From Raillietiella orientalis (Eukaryota): a stretch of DNA of 64,000 nt. Positions 62,376 to 64,000 of this stretch are shown here, piece by piece; the stretch's first letter is position 1; each line of letters opens with the position of its first letter. The stretch spans positions 2,480,001 through 2,544,000 of the forward strand of contig JAYWIR010000027.1 in the NCBI GenBank assembly GCA_036172245.1, given 5' to 3'. The position numbers were made by a program, and so were the translations under genes. The notes under the pieces were generated by a model. It was not told where the DNA came from. It saw nothing but the letters and a program-made list of their open reading frames with translations, and did no database searches.

Positions 62376-62485
62376 GCGCTACGACAAAACCATGAAGATC
62401 ATCTGCGACAGGATCCACCGGAAGGAGGTGGGAAGGGTGGAGATGGTCAGGATTTGCCATAGGGACCAGTCGCTCAAAGGCTCAA
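62376..62485 (+). CDS. Exon of Gfo/Idh/MocA-like gene (RRYDKTMKIICDRIHRKEVGRVEMVRICHRD); gene probably continues beyond the window
   Basis: 58-nt GT-AG intron before it, a|gtaagc donor; matches RRFD...G.IG.....RD of inositol-dehydrogenase-like proteins. Confidence 0.85.
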
Positions 62486-63389
62486 GTAAGCTCGGGGTTG
62501 CCGCGCGCCCGCGAGGGATGTCCGGCGCCTGGTGCCGGGAGCCGCGAGACTAGGCGAACGCCCGCCGGCTAGGCAGCGCGCTTGCCCGCGCCATGGCGGC
62601 GGAGGCGGGAGGCATGTGCGGACACCGTGGCCGCTTCCGCAGGGTCCGGCTTCATGTAGCCCTGGGGACTTCCCGGAGGAGCCGCCGGCGTGACAACCCG
62701 GACCTTACCCTCCCACGAGGAGTGAGGTGGGGTGGGGGGCTATGGACGCGGTATCCAGGCCCGGCGGCGGAGGGGGGGGAGGACCTATTCCAGCTCGCCC
62801 CGGTCGACTGTGGGGCCGCCTCGCCGAGCGACGGGAGCAATCCAGGAGAGCTCCCCGACTGCCGCTCCGTTCTTCGGCCTGGACCAATTAAGGCGATGCA
62901 AGCGGCGTGTGTCCCCGCGCACCTCCCTGAACAACGGCCGGGGGAATTTCGGGACCTTCTGGATCGCAGCAGGACACACGAATCCCGCTGCCCACTTTCC
63001 CCCTTGCTGGGAGGGTGGCGACCTCACTGACCAAACGACGTGGCCGAGCCAGCAAGGAAGAGCGCGCGTCGCGGTAGCGCGGGAGACTGCCCCTCCGGCA
63101 GGGATCGTAGCATCCGGACATGAGGAGCAAGCCCGTAGGCGGCAGGGAGAAAATGCGGCGGCGGAGGAGGCGTTGGCGGCACCTCCGCCTCGCTCCAGTA
63201 GGCTGCTGCGGTTCATTTCGCGCGCTGTCAGGGGCGCGCGCCACGGCGGGAAAGCCCGGCGGTGGCAGCGGCTCGCACGCTCTGTCGTCCTCCTCGAACG
63301 CGCAGGCGCAGAGCCTCTGACGGCCGTGGCCGGCGGGGCAGGCGGAATCGCGAACGAACGAAAACGGATGCGTACGGTCGATAATGTAC

Positions 63390-64000
63390 ATTAATCTGCG
63401 TACATACGTTCCGATCAGATTCATTTTAAAATACATATTTACTAACATTTTTCAACATACATATCATTAATGCAATTAAATAGGTATTAATATTTGATTG
63501 CAATCTGTATTAGAGATTATAAAAACACGTGTTCCTTATATAAATATATCAATATGAAGATCTCATATACAGAATTACCTTAACACACAGATTTATTGTC
63601 AACATAAATATTATTAATACAATTAAATAATATGTAGGAATATTTGATTAGTATCTGCATTAGAGGATACTATCTTTATTAGAGATTATAAAGATAATAT
63701 GTTCATTAAATATGGCAATATATAGATTAATATGCAGAGTTATTTATTCATGTAGATTTATCAATATTATCAGCATGCATATTTTTAATCAAATTAAATA
63801 ATTTTCATTCATATTTGATTGCTGTCTGTATTAGGAATTATAAATATATATACAGAGTCATTCCATCACGCATATTTATTCATATAATTAAGAATATATT
63901 ATTAACATATATGTATTAAGATCTTAAAAATAAATATACATGCTCAGTATGTATGTTAATGTACAGATCAATGCACAAATTATTCGAATTTATTAAAAAA
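63390..64000. repeat. AT-rich degenerate tandem repeat (about 150-170 bp period)
   Basis: atatttgatt...tctg(t/c)attag recurs near 63490, 63640 and 63811. Confidence 0.6.

Overview
Repeat-rich eukaryotic nuclear DNA from an invertebrate, probably an arthropod (inferred from a NUMT read in the invertebrate mitochondrial code and from spliceosomal GT-AG introns). Host genes: a single-exon mitoribosomal mS38/AURKAIP1 homologue (32943-33602, -) in an AT-richer, LINE-free central block, and four in-phase exons of a divergent Gfo/Idh/MocA (myo-inositol dehydrogenase-like) gene (57860-62485, +) whose NAD-binding and EKP motifs are degenerate. Roughly a fifth of the window is 5'-truncated copies of one L1/Tx1-like non-LTR family (APE endonuclease, RT and zf-RVT remnants). 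About 16 of these copies end not in poly(A) but in a structured 3' module (possible pseudoknot, covarying hairpins and a terminal GCCCCGG-N5-CCGGGTG stem-loop). Several copies form outward-facing pairs, one enclosing an intronless AFG1/ZapE ATPase pseudogene. A second family has a tRNA-like head, a conserved pseudoknot-capable core and an array of short hairpins. Also present: an ND1 NUMT, probable cathepsin-B and Gypsy integrase remnants, recent near-identical duplications and fold-back palindromes. All calls come from reading the sequence by eye; no searches were run and repeat boundaries are approximate.
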